In this document: positions 25,301-39,130 of the stretch, one piece after another
Layout: each line of letters begins with the position of its first letter
How positions within the stretch are numbered: position 1 is the stretch's first letter
Assembly: GCA_051362555.1 (NCBI GenBank)
Contig: CM120644.1
Span: 11,492,567-11,556,566, forward strand
Length of the DNA stretch: 64,000 bases
Direction of reading: 5' to 3'
From: Lingula anatina
Taxonomy: Eukaryota; Animalia; Brachiopoda
Notes under the pieces: generated by a model
Databases searched by the model: none
What the model was told of the DNA's origin: nothing
Seen by the model: the letters and a program-made list of their open reading frames with translations, nothing else
Translations under genes and position numbers: made by a program

Positions 25301-28300
25301 CTTGTAGTCGAGGACAGCACTGAGTGGTCAGTTACTCAGACCGGTTACTTAAGGAAGTTTACTTAAAACACTTCGACTCAGTGCGTGCGCCGGGTACCTC
25401 TTTAACTCATACGCAGTGGTTAAGAGCGTTGCGTGCAGTACTCCGTCAGGCAGGCTTGACCAGTGGTTACTTAATTATCCTTAATGCTTAAACGTATTTC
25501 CCGGATCGACTTTCTTTTGGTGGTTTAAAATATCCAGTCCAGTTGCCCGTTCTGTGTTAAGTAATGGTCAAGCTGTACGGTCCAAAATTGTGGTGACCAG
25601 AAGCAAAGTGCGTCGTACGGCAGCGCGATTAATGGACTCAAGCAACGCAGCGTGCGGCCCCGGCGACTCGAAGTGTAAATAATGCATGTATGCCGTTCTT
25701 GCATGACACTATATACTGCAGTGGCGTGACAGACTGGACAGGGCTATGAGTCCCATGTCACTGGACGCTAAAACTGAAGGGTGGACAAGGTCCACCCCAT
25801 CTGTGACTCGTCCCTGACCAGGAACAGAAAAATTGGACATTTTTCAAGTGTTCATGATTTGTACATATTCGCTCTGCTCACTCACAGGATTGGTCAAGGT
25901 GATGCTATTGCTGTACAATGATCATATAGAAGGGAACACACTTATTAAATACTGAGTCAGTAATCGCCAATTTTTTAAGCTTCTTGGAGCAATTTATAAT
26001 TATTAGGCCTATTTATTTTTTTGTCCATGAGAGTATGTGAATCTTAAACGTTGAGCCAGTTAACTTTGTTAATTGTATTTTCTTGTGATTTTTAACACAC
26101 ATCTACTGCATATTAGCATGATCTTTTCGTTTTAAGATTCTAAAAGTTGAAAAAAGTTAATAGAACCTAGTTAATAGAATCTAGAAAAAAGAAATAAGTA
26201 GGAATCACAGTTCATGTATCGGAGGTTCGGGAGCGACCATTGGACTGTACTACCAGCGCTAAGAAAGTCTTCTCTTGCAAACACACGAAAAAACCGTGGT
26301 AGCAGCGACTTTTCCATAGTAATTATCATATATCATACAGGCCTTTATCTTAGGCTTAGTTTACAAAAGAACTTCAGTCGATGGTTGGTCTTAACCTCAA
26401 TACCGAAAAGTTAAGTTAACTTTTATTAAAGATAAGCTTGTCTGTAAAAATCAACGAAGATATAGTAGGCCTACATGTAGATATCAGTCTAAAATATATC
26501 ATGTTCCGTACTAAGGTAAAAATACAGTATATTTTTTGTTTACCAATTTTGGCTGTATTTTAAATGAATTATTATTGTTGTTGTTGTTGTTGAAAAAAAA
26601 CCTATTCGAGTTAAGTACCATTCCATTTAGGCCAACTAAAATAGACTGAGATTATTATAGATATAAAGGTAAGAGTAAGACCTCTTGTGGCGCCGTCCAT
26701 TGATGGTAGTTTTGCGACCACTAAGAGACCCGAGACTATCCTAAGTTTAAACCGATAACATGTACACAGCTTTTAAGTCAGGCGATGTTGATTTCCTACA
26801 TTGGTGGAGTAGGCAGAGGTTGACGAACTCATGGTGGCCATGATATGGACCTTAAATAGAAGTAAATAACCATATGCCTGGCAAGTTATAAATTTCTTCA
26901 ATTGGTTTGTAGGGGTGAAATAGGGTTTTCAAATTAGGGTTCTAAAATGAGGAATTTTACAAATTGCTCACGTAGTGAAATTTTAGATTTGGTAATTTTA
27001 GATTGAAAATTATTTGCTATGTTCAATAATTATTCTGTGTGGTGAAATCGGGAGTCACTCTGGAGAGAATAAAGTACCAGTAATACAGGGTACAATAATG
27101 ATCGATGGCAAAGTTAAGAATAATAGTAGTTTGTATAAGCAAATATCTGTCTTTCACTAAGGTTTTTATATTTATGCATTTATTTTTATTTTCAATTTAA
27201 GATGGTAAATATACATACATAATCATCTGTCAAATAAATAGCAGTGCAGATTTTTATCATCCGAGAGAAGGCGTAATTGGAATAAACAGGTGTTGTTTGC
27301 GGTGGCTCGAGTCCCGCGTATGTTGATACGAAAGTCATGTGGGGACAAACATCTGACCTTGAAATTACGTGGACCAAAATTCATAACTAGTGGAACTTTA
27401 AAAAATCACAAAGGCCAACCAAAGGGGAATAAAAAACAAACCTGAGAACTGAAATAAAGCATGCAATGTAACACCAAGGACCTATAGATACTACTCATTT
27501 CTCCACATCAAACTATGGCGAATACACATGTACATGAATAGGCCTACATTTCAGCAATCGATCAGGTAAAAACTAGAAAAGCATTTAAAAAGCGTGACCT
27601 CAGTCAAGGAAGCGCAGTTATCACCATTAACTTGTTCACAAAGTGATTAACGGTTCACCAGCAAAATGTAATCGATTCTATGTTATCCCCTTTCTGACAA
27701 ATTCTGAAAAGTTTATTGAAATCGTCCATACCGTTTTGAGAGTGGCATCACGGACGGACACAGTGTTCAGAAGATACTGAGTACATACATACATACATAC
27801 ATAAAGGGTCCCATTGGGGGGTTAGTGATCACAGTTCACGGGAAATAAAATTATCAATTCACAAATCACAGTAAATAAAACTTTATTCATCTCTCATTTA
27901 AAATACAAGAAAAGCGAGTTTAAATTCTCGAATCAACCAGGTTAAAGAGTTTGTTTCACGACGGACGAAGGATAAAAAGAAGCAATTAAGATCAGTGTTG
28001 TTGGAATTTATGGACGCTTAAGGATTTGGAGAACAGCTCGTAAGAAATAAAGAATGTGTAGGATAACTGAGAGATAATTCTGCAAACAAAATGATCTCAT
28101 ATTATCTTTGCACCGTTTGTGGAACACTATCACTGTGCAAACGTTGCAGAACTTTTTGACTCCACGCACAGACGCGATAGGCACGTCCTCCAATCCAGAG
28201 AATACTTTACAAAATACTACAATATGGCTTTGATTTTTTAATATGGCTACAGTAGTTCATTAATTGGTGGTACAATCAGTAAATTTCTGTGAAAAAAAAT

Positions 28301-30033
28301 CCTTTTTAAAGTTGAATAAAGAACATGGTTCATGACGTGATTCTCTGTATCACTTTACGCATTGCGTTAGGGGTGACACTTATTTGGCACACACTCGCGC
28401 GCGCGCATTGGCTTACATACATACATACATACAAACATACATACATACATACATGGCAGTGAAAAAGCTGCTGTATAGCAAATCATGGCAGACAGGACAG
28501 TAAGGCGACCTGTCTGAAGACATGTTACAACCATTAAGATGACAATTTTTGGACTAAATAACACTATAAATGTGTACTGGCGAAGGCTGCAAATCAAACA
28601 AACAACCTGAACAATATAATGATATAAACTTCATATATTTTACAACGCGGTGGTACGTTTTTGATTTCAGTTACATTTACTGGTTTAATCGTCATTTCTG
28701 CCTCAATTCAATATATATGATCACCTTCTGTTTCATGGCAAGCTGTTGCCAGTCGTATCATTCTAGCGACTAATTTGATTTCATGAGGGCGACCTGTTGA
28801 ACATTCTGTTGTGAATGAAGAAGTGGGGATATACGAAGTGAGGAAACTTTTAGATCACTATTTGTAGTGAAAACAAGGTACCCCTCCGTGCTTTCTGGAG
28901 TTCTTTTATCAAAAGGGCCGAGACCTTGATTGATTGATTGGTTTAGTACTTGTTTTATTTCAGTGAAGTACATTTAGGGACAGATTACTTGTTGTGTGAT
29001 GAAAGAATAATCAAATATTGGAATATCGTGACATAATCGTAAATCATGCACATGCAGTTCCAGAACAAGGTTATCCTGGAATGCGTGGTGTAATACTAAA
29101 AATTACATGCATACGCACGCATAAATCGATTTTTTTAATTAATATTAAAGAATAAATTCTTAATCGAAATCCCCTTTAAAAAACAACCAAAATAGCGACA
29201 CATCCATCAGAGCTGTGCATTTATTCTCAGGTTTGACTTGTGCACTTGCAAGAACAAAAAAACTTTCTGCCATTTTTCAGTCTACAGTCTGTGCTTTCTA
29301 ATACCAGAACTACCCTGAGTGTCTAAATACAAAATTTATCTAAGAGAAATAACATTTCAAGCAACATGCAAGAGTTAGGGTCAGATTGTTCATCCAAAAG
29401 TCGACAGTTCAACCAAAGTCGAAATGAAATTGAGGTCCTCGTCATATTATCAATAAATAAAATAACATACTAAATCTCATTGCCTTTCCTTAAGAATGTG
29501 AAGTCCCCATTAATTGAACATCTCGTCCAGTCCGTAAAAGCGATTCCAGTTCATGATCACGTGATGGTCTTCAGAACATTTGATTAGCTCGCTGCCAAAG
29601 CTTAAACGAGCGACACGACTGGACAACGCTTGGTCGATTCCATAGGCCCAACATTATATATACCAGAGCTATCTGAAAGAAAAGACATTGTGCAATTTAC
29701 AATTTGTTATACCTTAACAGAAAAAAAAGACCTTTACAGAAAAACTCTGCCTCTGAAAGGTTTATATGAAGACAGAGTAAATGCTCTGCAACTTATATGT
29801 ATTACTGGTGTCAGTTTCTTACAAGACACAAGTAGCATCCACGTGTCAATAAATTTGGAATTAATCTCTCGGGTAGCATAAAAAAAGTTTTGGAGCTGTA
29901 CATACTTCGCATTTCTAGTCATAAATTTATCCAGAAGGAAAGCAGAAAAATCTTTGCAAATACCATTTTCCGGGAAATAAATTAACAAACCTGTGTGGCA
30001 TTTATTTATAGTTATCCTATTTTAAACTGTATA

Positions 30034-31223
30034 CACTGTAAAAACAGTGTTTAGCATTTAAATACATAAAACACACGTTAGGCACCTATACGCATTTAGA
30101 AATCTGTGTAAATGCTAAACGCGTATAGCTTTTCAAACGTTTCACAGAAGAAAAAGCTAGACACGTTGGTATTGTTACACGTTTAGCTATGTGTTTAGCC
30201 TCACCGGCATATGATTCTATAACAAGTCTATCACAAGCTAAGCACATTGGCTAAGCACTTCCCCTGCTAAGCGCGTGAGGCTGCTAAACATATGGAGCTG
30301 CTATAGGTGTGGAATTCCTTAACGCGTGGAGCTGCTAAACAACATGTTTAGCTTTTCAAGCTCGTCACAGAAAAAAATGCTTCACAATCCCATATAAACG
30401 ATCCCATAACAAGTTTATTACAAGACTCAACAATTTTGCTTTACACTTCCCCTTGTAAACATATGGGGCGGTTGGAGGCGAGAAGCAGCCTGCTCGAAGG
30501 CGTTGTGTCCTTCCTTGCAGTAACGTGTGATTATTTAAAATAGGCCTATTAAGTAATAATCAAAATAACAAATAACGTTTTCACGACGTTATTAGCTGGT
30601 TACATGATGGTGATGGTATAGAATAACGTCATGGTAACGTTACGGGTGTTTTTAACTCCATGCAAAATGATGCCCTTGCATTTTTATAAGCTAAAAACAT
30701 TATTTAATGTTTTGAAAACTTTTTTTTTAATCACCAAAACACGTCTTATGCTGTATGAACTACAGTTAGCGGTTAATTCCAAAATGGGCTTGGGTTAGTC
30801 GGCGACTAGAGCGGTGCGATTTGAAAAATATTCGGACTATCGTTACCAAAATAACCAGCATGTAATGAAAGCTTAAATAAACCATTATAATGAACACCCC
30901 ACCATCATCCTGATGTTCTATTGTTCATTACTTCCGGAAAAAATAAATGAACATCAATACCTTAACGCATTTTATCAAAATATGAAAAAAATGTTTTAAA
31001 GTAAAAGTGATAGTTGTTTCGTGTCTTTAGTAAACTAGTGAATTTTCCTAACTTGTTTTTCAGAAATATATTCCAATTAACTTCCTCGCAAGGTCAGCTA
31101 ACACAAGAATGAATAAGTCCTGCTGTAAAGATGATGGTGTGGATCAACTATGTTGACAGTTCACGATATCCTGTTTATAGATAAAGATAGCTATAGCAGT
31201 TAAAGGTGACCGTGACTTCGCGC

Positions 31224-31254
<31 letters not shown>

Positions 31255-31454
31255 AGAGAGAGTGACTGAAACAGTTGAAAACGTTACAATCTTAAAGTTA
31301 AACAAATACACCCTACATTTATTAGGCGTCAAGCACGTCAAAGCGTGTAACATGTTAATAGGCTAAACGTGCTTAGGTGCTCAACGCGTGGAAAAAATGA
31401 GACAAAACAGGCGCTTAGAAATGTGTCTCAGAGCTAAACACTGTTTTTACAGTG
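30034..31454. mobile_element. Non-autonomous CACTA/EnSpm-like DNA transposon (CACTG termini, TA flanks), about 1.4 kb
   Basis: ta|CACTGTAAAAACAGTGTTTAGC at 30034 and GCTAAACACTGTTTTTACAGTG|ta ending at 31454 form a 22-bp perfect TIR. Subterminal gctaaac-like motifs are repeated. Superfamily is inferred from the termini only. Confidence 0.8.
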
Positions 31455-32348
31455 TACGTTGTATACGTTATATTGGTATTTGGTCGGGTTTAGGGGCAAA
31501 ATTTTGACATGAGTACTCGCTTAATATGAATCTTTAAAAGAGACGGAACTTGCACAAATGAATGATGACATTTAGGAGGGCATTGGTTCTACCCTTTATT
31601 GTGCAGTATCATTTATTGTGCAGTATCATTTATGTATCTATTTTAAGTAATTAACTTTTTCATTTTTTACATTCCATGCTTTTAGTTATATGTTTATTCG
31701 GATGTTTTTACTTATCTCCTCTTTTCGATAGCTTATTTCTTTGGATATCATTAGGTGTTTAATAAATTATCATTCAAAACTGTCGCGTTAGCTTATATTT
31801 TCCAGTGTACTAAGATTGTTTAAAGATTTTATGTCATTTTGTATGTGGTTAGGAATAATTTACTTTATTATACAGTATTAACCATTAGTTTCTTGTTGAG
31901 CTGTAATTATTTTCTAATAGTTTTATAGTTCACTAACTCCAACAGTTCACAAATATTTGGATTGAAATTATACACACCTTTTTGATACATTATTCGTAGT
32001 CAACCCTGATAATTCAAAGTGTTTAAGTGCAAAAGTTTTGATATTATGATCAAATAAAAGACACGTGTTGAAAAATTTCATGACAAATAAAATGACACTC
32101 GTCAAAAAGGCGTTTTTACTTAAATTTTTCATTTATTAAGGTAAAGTCATGGTATTTTCAGCATTTACTTAAAAAAAAAACAACATTTTCCAACAGTGGT
32201 CAAAATTCCGTCGGAATATCTTGAAAACTGCTTAAGTTACTGAACTTTGAGATGAGTAACGTTCTTTACCCTCCCTATAGGTTCAAGCTATTAAATGTAC
32301 AATGTAAATGTAGGCTACAAATAAAAAAGGTCAACGTACCCCGTTCTC

Positions 32349-33756
32349 TTACACGCAGCAACTGTTCACTAAATTTGCCACCCATCCTGGCTCATTGGAG
32401 TCGAATACCGAGCCATCACAACCGGTACGGTGAACGGTGGACTGGTGGAACACGGCCCCTAGCACCCCTTGGGCCGCCACACTGAATAAATTTAAATTGA
32501 AAAAAATAATAGATGAACTTGGTGTAAACAGCAGTAGTTAAGAGGCAAAGGATTGGAGGAATAGGAGGAAGAGAAGCGTGGATAGGATGGGTGAAGAGGG
32601 AGGAGGGTTGAAGCGAGCAGACGGGGAGGAGGACCGGAAAAGGGGGAGGGGTGATATAAAGAGGAGGGATGCAGGGCCGGGAAAAGGGGGAGGGGTCATA
32701 TATAGAGGAGAGGTGCAGGACCGGGAAAAGGGGGAGGGGTCATATATAGAGGAGAGGTGCAGGGCCGGGAAAAGGGGGAGGGGTCATATATAGAGGAAAG
32801 GTGCAGGGCCGGGAGGAGGGGGAGGGGTCATATGAGGAGGAAGGGGAAGGGGGGCAGATGGGGAGGAAGGGAGAGGGGGAGGGATCATGAAATAAAGAGG
32901 GGAGGGGCCGGGAGTAGTGTTGAGGGACCAGATGAGGAGGAGGGACAATAAAAATGATAAGACTGAGACTGAGTACACGTATAAACTTGTGTATTACTTA
33001 CTCGCAGCCTTGTGGAATGGTGAGGAACAGCTTATGTGCATTTTCGCCAGGGTTGGTGTTCATTATTACCACCAGGTTCGGGATGTTTTGAAAAGTCATA
33101 AGCAGCCGAGACATTCCCTCTTCAGTGATGTGATGAACTTCAACGAATCCGCTTTGCTCGGCAGTCACGTTGTGTGTGCCGTGGTTGTCGTTACCCTGTT
33201 TAAACACATGAACATGTATGTTTATAGACACGGTATAGATGTGTGTGATGAATAAATAAATAAACACAGAAGAAAATTACGGTCTTAAGATATTGGACAT
33301 TTCACCAATGACCATCAATAATAATTGGCATTTGGAACTGTCCTTTCGCAGTTTTCGCTTAGAGTTTACACTGTTGAATGTGCCGTTCCTTTTCTTAATA
33401 TATACCGACACAACGGACAGAGGGGTCTGTTGGAGTTTGGGTGAACCGGCAGGTTACAACTACATGCACAAGTACTTGTATTACATTGTGTCCCATATTT
33501 AGAAACATTTACAACGACAACCTACAATTTCAAATCTTTGAAGGTCTTAGGTCCCATTGCATTCTTGTGCATAATGTTCAGAATATAATGAGTAGGCCTA
33601 CACTCACGCGTCTGACACATAATCAAGGTTACTAGCCATGGTATTTTCAATAATTAAAAACCAGCTTTCAAATACATAGAAAATAAGTAAATATTAAGAT
33701 AATTGAATTGAAAAATTTATTTGAAACGTGTTCGCCTTCTCCCCAAGTCATTACAT

Positions 33757-33810
<54 letters not shown>

Positions 33811-34867
33811 CTCACGATTCGGGTGGTTCCGTCTACGTTGCAGGTGACAGTTCCGGCGCGCGTTACCACGGTAACTTCTTGTATCACTGTCTTCCCACCA
33901 GGGTGAGAAGCGGAGCTGTCTTTAAGCTGAATCTCGTACGTAGTGTCACTGGACTCCGAGCACTTACTGAGAGTGTATTTGCACGACGAACTCACGGACA
34001 CCGTGTATTCCTTATCTAGCGTCTCCTCGTATGGGTCGCCATAGACAACCGTCGTGGCTGAAACCATAGAAGACTTCAAGTAACAGAAGGAATTTAAAAT
34101 TTATTAAAATCGCCCAACCGTTTGGTATCAGTCTCTACCAAGCTGTTGGCACGTCTGTCTTTCCGTCTCTTCTGTCTGGTTTGGTTGTACCAGCAGTATC
34201 ATGAGTACGGCATAATATGGGTTGTTGTACATACTGTATGTGTAGTGACCATGATTAACGTGTAATGATACCATACTCTCGGTGGATCTCTAGTACATTG
34301 ATAATGACAATACCGAGAAAAGCACTTAAAGAGCGCAGCCCACGGCAGCTTAGTTTTTACAAAAAAATCATTCATTGATTGATGGAACACTTCAAAATCT
34401 AATCGATTCTAAGCTTGTCACTTTCTGACCCACCCTGAACATTTTATCAAAATCCGTCTATAACGTTTTGAGTTAGGTTGTTAACTAATTAACCAAATGC
34501 AAAATCATCATTATCATCATCATCATCATCATCATAATAATAATAATAATTAAGAGTTGGTTTCATCTCTACCACTTATTTGATCAGATTCTAAGCTCTC
34601 TCTCTCTCTCACCTTGTCCGATGCACCTGATCAGTGAGAGCAAAAGTTTGACAACTCCCACTTTGATTCCTGTTTCCTCCCTTAAACACTTTCTCCATTT
34701 GAACAACCGGAACAGTTGCGGCTGAGGATATTGATTGTTGCACTCGACGATGCTTGCACGGCTCACTCCACGGGGCATTTTTTTCGCCATACAACTCAGA
34801 AAGGTGCTCTTGCTAAATCTCAACGTTCCTGAAAAAAAATAACCTCACAGTGCATCCTGCTTTTTTT

Positions 34868-34900
<33 letters not shown>

Positions 34901-35209
34901 TTTTGTTTTTTTTGCATCATCCCCTTGCATTGTGCGATCAACATGATGACGGGTGAACATAAATGACGCTGAAGTGCTAAGGGAGTTGCAATAAAACATT
35001 TCTTGTCGTTAGAGCTAGGCAACGGTTTTGTGAAACCTGTGGCATTTGTACGGCTTTATTACTAATATAAACAGGACAGGGATGCTTTTTTGCATAGTTT
35101 ATAAACAACCATTGTCTTTATATACCGCACCTTTTGATGCTTTAAGCAACCCGCCGTCCACGGTTGCCGCCATAAAAGCTAGTCCCATCAGCAACAAGAG
35201 TCTTCTCAT
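32349..35209 (-). CDS. Secreted 287-aa protein: signal peptide, basic 4-Cys segment and a single divergent von Willebrand factor type D (VWD)-like domain
   Basis: Five phase-consistent exons totalling 864 nt: 35209-35131 (ccaccATG; MRRLLLLMGLAFMAATVDGGLLKASK), 34828-34613 (GTLRFSKSTFLSCMAKK...VECNNQYP...WRKCLREE...LIRCIGQ), 34057-33816 (ATTVVYGDPYEETLDKEYTVSVSSSCKYTLSKC...), 33195-33002 (GNDNHGTHNVT...KLFLTIPQGC), 32481-32349 (DVAAQGVLGAVF...GCDGSVFDSNEPGWVANLVNSCCV*). TATAAA near 35283-35278 and AATAAA near 32137-32132 on minus. Confidence 0.8.
32630..32835. repeat. Purine-rich minisatellite, about 39-bp unit, about 5 copies, in intron 4 of the VWD gene
   Basis: Unit gggccgggaaaagggggaggggtcatatatagaggagaggtgca with variants. 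Confidence 0.85.
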
Positions 35210-35564
35210 GGTGGAGATAACGGTTAGTCAGGAACTTCACTGTCGGCTTTAATCTGAATTATCATAAGAATTATTATTTATAATTCTAATGCAAACACAT
35301 CCTTAGAAAAAATGACCCTCAATTTTGAAAAAAAAAAAAAGATTTTTGCACCTTTTTTTCTAAATGGAAAAATGCGTTGGACATTGGTTTGGTAATGATA
35401 TTCAACTAATATAGGTATTTTCAAAATAAATAAGTAAATGAGAAAAAAATGTCAATGCATATTTGTAATTAGCAAGTAACATATTCCAAATAACAGTATG
35501 AATTCAACCAAATACCACCTGAGAAGACGGCAGCATATCTATCAGACGGAGTAAGAGAAAATGC

Positions 35565-35880
35565 CAGGCCTACCCAACTACCAGACGCGGCACCTACGGA
35601 TCCTGAATAAACCGGAATATCAGACCACACTACCCGTTTTCAAGGTGTGTGTCAGATCGCATTACGGAGTATCAGCCACTTCACCCATTTTGCCTGGCGC
35701 GCGATGTGATAGCGATGATCCTAAGCGATACCCGGATGACAGGAAGGCCTACAAAATTTGTGATGGGGTATGATACTCCGTAATGCGATCTGACACACAC
35801 CTTGAAAACGGGTAGTGTGGTCTGATATACCGGTTTATTCAGGATCCGTAGGTGCCGCTTCTGGTAGTTGGGTAGGCCTG
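35565..35880. mobile_element. Young MITE with about 108-bp near-perfect TIRs and a 6-bp TSD (AAATGC)
   Basis: CAGGCCTACCCAACTACCAG...GGAGTATCA at 35565-35673 and its reverse complement at 35771-35880 (two mismatches seen). aaatgc at 35559-35564 and 35881-35886. Confidence 0.9.
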
Positions 35881-36280
35881 AAATGCGCTGTATCCAAGAA
35901 GACTTAAAATTAAAAGTCCGCAAATCTTACGAGCGACTTTAAAGGTACATATTAACCTAACATCGGTATGGTGTGGATTCTCAGTAACACATATAAACCA
36001 CTTCTACTAGTTCCTTGTACAACTCAAATAAAGGGATAAACTGAATAAATCACTGGATCAGCCATAAAAGAGCTTTAGACTGCCCCTTTCTTTAAATTTT
36101 TGGTCAGAAAGTTAACCTACTACTGTGACCTACTTTTCTGCCCCATGTAAATACATATAGGAAGCTAGCAGAAAAATCCCTTCAAATATCATTTTCGGGT
36201 AATACTAAGCAATGCCTTTTGATAATTCTCTTAGTTAGGCCTATACTATTTGAAACTATATGCCGGCATTTGGTTGGATA

Positions 36281-36321
<41 letters not shown>

Positions 36322-37520
36322 CAGAAGTATAGTGTTCCTTTTGTCTAAATTTACCAGTAGCGTACATGGGGCGTGGGAGGCAGGGCACATATCTAGACAC
36401 AACTGAGAGGTGTCTTAAAATTTCTTACACTAATCGTTATTAAATGATAGTCAAAAATGACATAAACTTCAGCTGATTTTATGGTAAAATTATCTAAAAT
36501 TGGTGTCGGATCAGAGCAACGTCAGTCCTTGTCTTTAGATTTCGACGCTAAGTTTTGTACAGACCCCACTGTTCTTACTATCTACGCCCAAAAATGACTC
36601 CTATTTGCCCTATAAACTCGATAACTTCCCTTCCCTTCTATAAAAAGGAAATAGGCGCGTGAAGGCAATAATCATGAAGTTCGGTGAAATAAAAAAAGAA
36701 CAGACGAAACATAAGTTCGACGTATTTTAAAGGCCAAACCCTCTTCTTAAAAAAAACTCTTGGAACCACCTACCGTAGTCTGTCTTCCCTTTTCACTTTA
36801 AGCCGGAGTGTATGTTTGAAGGGCGAAAACACACATTTATAACCCTCGACGATTACCACGATAAAAAGCAACTTATTATTAAACATGTAAAACGGCAATC
36901 ATGGCACTTTGCAATTATCCTATTAAAACATTCATAATTTTCAAAGCTACAGATGTCTTTGTGTGGACCCATCAATAATTTGTATTGTTCATTACTGAGA
37001 TAAACTACCGGTAGTATGTACTTTGACAACGACTGCTATGATCACATGAAACACGAGCAAAGATGATCATTCTGGCTGCATTTTGTTTGAAAAAGACTCA
37101 AAATGTGTAAATAATTTTGGTACTTTCTAAAAGGTTTGGTAGGACAGTAGTAAATAAAGTTGATAATAAATAAATAACGATTGACACACTTGCAACCTAC
37201 TTGCAATTACTTAACGACAAAATGCTTTGTCTACATTTGAACACAAACTTTCTCGTACGCAAAGCTTCATTTTTTGTTGCTTTTTGCTCTGTTATTCAAC
37301 AAATCGTGGACACGTGACGCATTTGTTTTTAATTTTGCTACGCGACTAAGAAAGTCCTATTATAATGAGAGACAAATGGTGTGTGTGTCACTGGGAATCT
37401 GTATTTATTATACGAGAGATAGAGAAGGATAACCACAAGGCTGAGTCTCACCTCTGATCTCTAGACAACCTCAACAACTGGTATGAAATATAATGTTGGC
37501 ATCAAACTTTGAAACTCTAA

Positions 37521-38066
37521 GAGCGCATTCTCAACGAATTAAGCCAGGCTTTACAAAGCCGGTGACCTAAAAATGGCGGACGTACATGAAAGAAAAACCG
37601 CCTAATCTTTTAATAGTCTCTCCGCCTCTCACACGCCTCCCCACACGTCGTCCCTGCGGGGTACAGTAATTAAATCTCGGCTCCGAACATTAATATTTCC
37701 GTGAATATCTCTGGTGATATTATCTCCTTAGATAGTCGATTCATTGCTGCTCTACGGGCCAAATTATTCCTTTTTCGTCTCTGTTTTCAAAGATAATAGA
37801 ACAGAAGAGCTTTTTTCCTTCGATCGCCTTCAGCCGCCATGCCTTCTTCACCACGAGTTTAACTGATGAGCATGCGCACTTAATATTTCTCAGGTAGCTT
37901 CCGCATGGCGAACGGAGCCGAGATTTAATCACTGTACCCCGCAGGGACGACGTGTGGGGAGGCGGAGAGACTATTAAAAGATTAGGCGGTTTTTCTTTCA
38001 TGTACGTCCGCCATTTTTAGGTCACCGGCTTTGTAAAGCCTGGCTTAATTCGTTGAGAATGCGCTC
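37521..38066. mobile_element. PIF/Harbinger-like MITE with about 160-bp TIRs and a TAA TSD
   Basis: taa|GAGCGCATTCTCAACGAATTAAGCC...GGCTTAATTCGTTGAGAATGCGCTC|taa. The arms are near-identical apart from a short duplication in the left arm. Confidence 0.9.
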
Positions 38067-38278
38067 TAAGGTTATCAAATCCCGCAGAACAGGAATGGTT
38101 CGCTTGTCTCAGGTCAAATACACACAACGCTCGTTTAAATACATCTTTTAAGCGATGTGGACTCATGCTTCATAGTTTATTTCTATATGCTCCATGCTTT
38201 GCCATGCAACCCGAGCATTACTGACCAGATGTTAATAGAAGCACGTATAATGCCTAGCCTCAAGTGGCTGTGTTAAAA

Positions 38279-38518
38279 GCCACACTCCTATTGGCACCAT
38301 CGGTCTACGCAGATCGATCCAACTCCGCGGGAACTCTAGTTGAATGCAATCAGTTTGAGAGATTGACATGTCTCCTCCTGGCGTTAAGGCGAATACAGAA
38401 AAGCCGGTGATTGTACGAGAGGAGGTGTGCTATTCATTTAAGCTGATTGAACTCAGAAAGAGTCTCCGCGGAGTTGGCTCGATCTTCGTAGACCGATGGT
38501 GTCAATGGGAATGGGGTC
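38279..38518. mobile_element. MITE with about 60-bp imperfect TIRs
   Basis: gccacactcctattggcaccatcggtctacgcagatcgatccaactccgcgggaactct versus agagtctccgcggagttggctcgatcttcgtagaccgatggtgtcaatgggaatggggtc. Confidence 0.8.
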
Positions 38519-39130
38519 ACTGGGACTGCGACGAGTTGGTTGCTTATTCTTTCATATGAATACCAAGTACTACGTATTTATTTTCTATCTCTCCTCACGA
38601 AACGCCAGTTTACTGATTTTATTTCCACCATCGTTTGGGTAATCGTAAATTAAACCCATTTTACTTCGTTAATAAAATACTTTTGCAGAATTTGCCTAAT
38701 ATGGAAATATTGAATATTTGATTGACTGTCTGATTGACAAAAAAAAAGTAACACTTTTATTACGTCCTTAACACATATATATCTTTATTTAAAAACATTT
38801 TTCTGTTGCAGTGTATAAGAAAAATTTTAAGTCCAGTTTGCGTCATGGAAAATCACTTTTTGGTTGTGTAATTAACCAATGGACCAAAACCTTGTGTGAA
38901 TTTGACATTTTTCTCTCTTGCCAAATAACAACACAGTTTTTGCGTTAGTAGTCTCTTTAGAAAATTTCGCTCACATTTAATAGCTTGATAAACTTTGCTC
39001 CATCGAATTTACTTTTTTATATGCAATTAATAAAAATTTTAGCATGTAACTTTTCATAAACTCGATTTCAGCCCAACAGGAAATCGACTGGAATCACTGA
39101 CAGTTACATGTATCAAATGAACAGAACATT

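Noticed and set aside
27590-27800. Helentron/HINE-like fragment, similar to 34390-34490
   Set aside because: Too degraded to define ends or family from sequence alone.
35561-35923. Two opposing ORFs with near-identical peptides (GLPNYQ.RHLRILNKP)
   Set aside because: Artefact of the MITE's inverted repeats.
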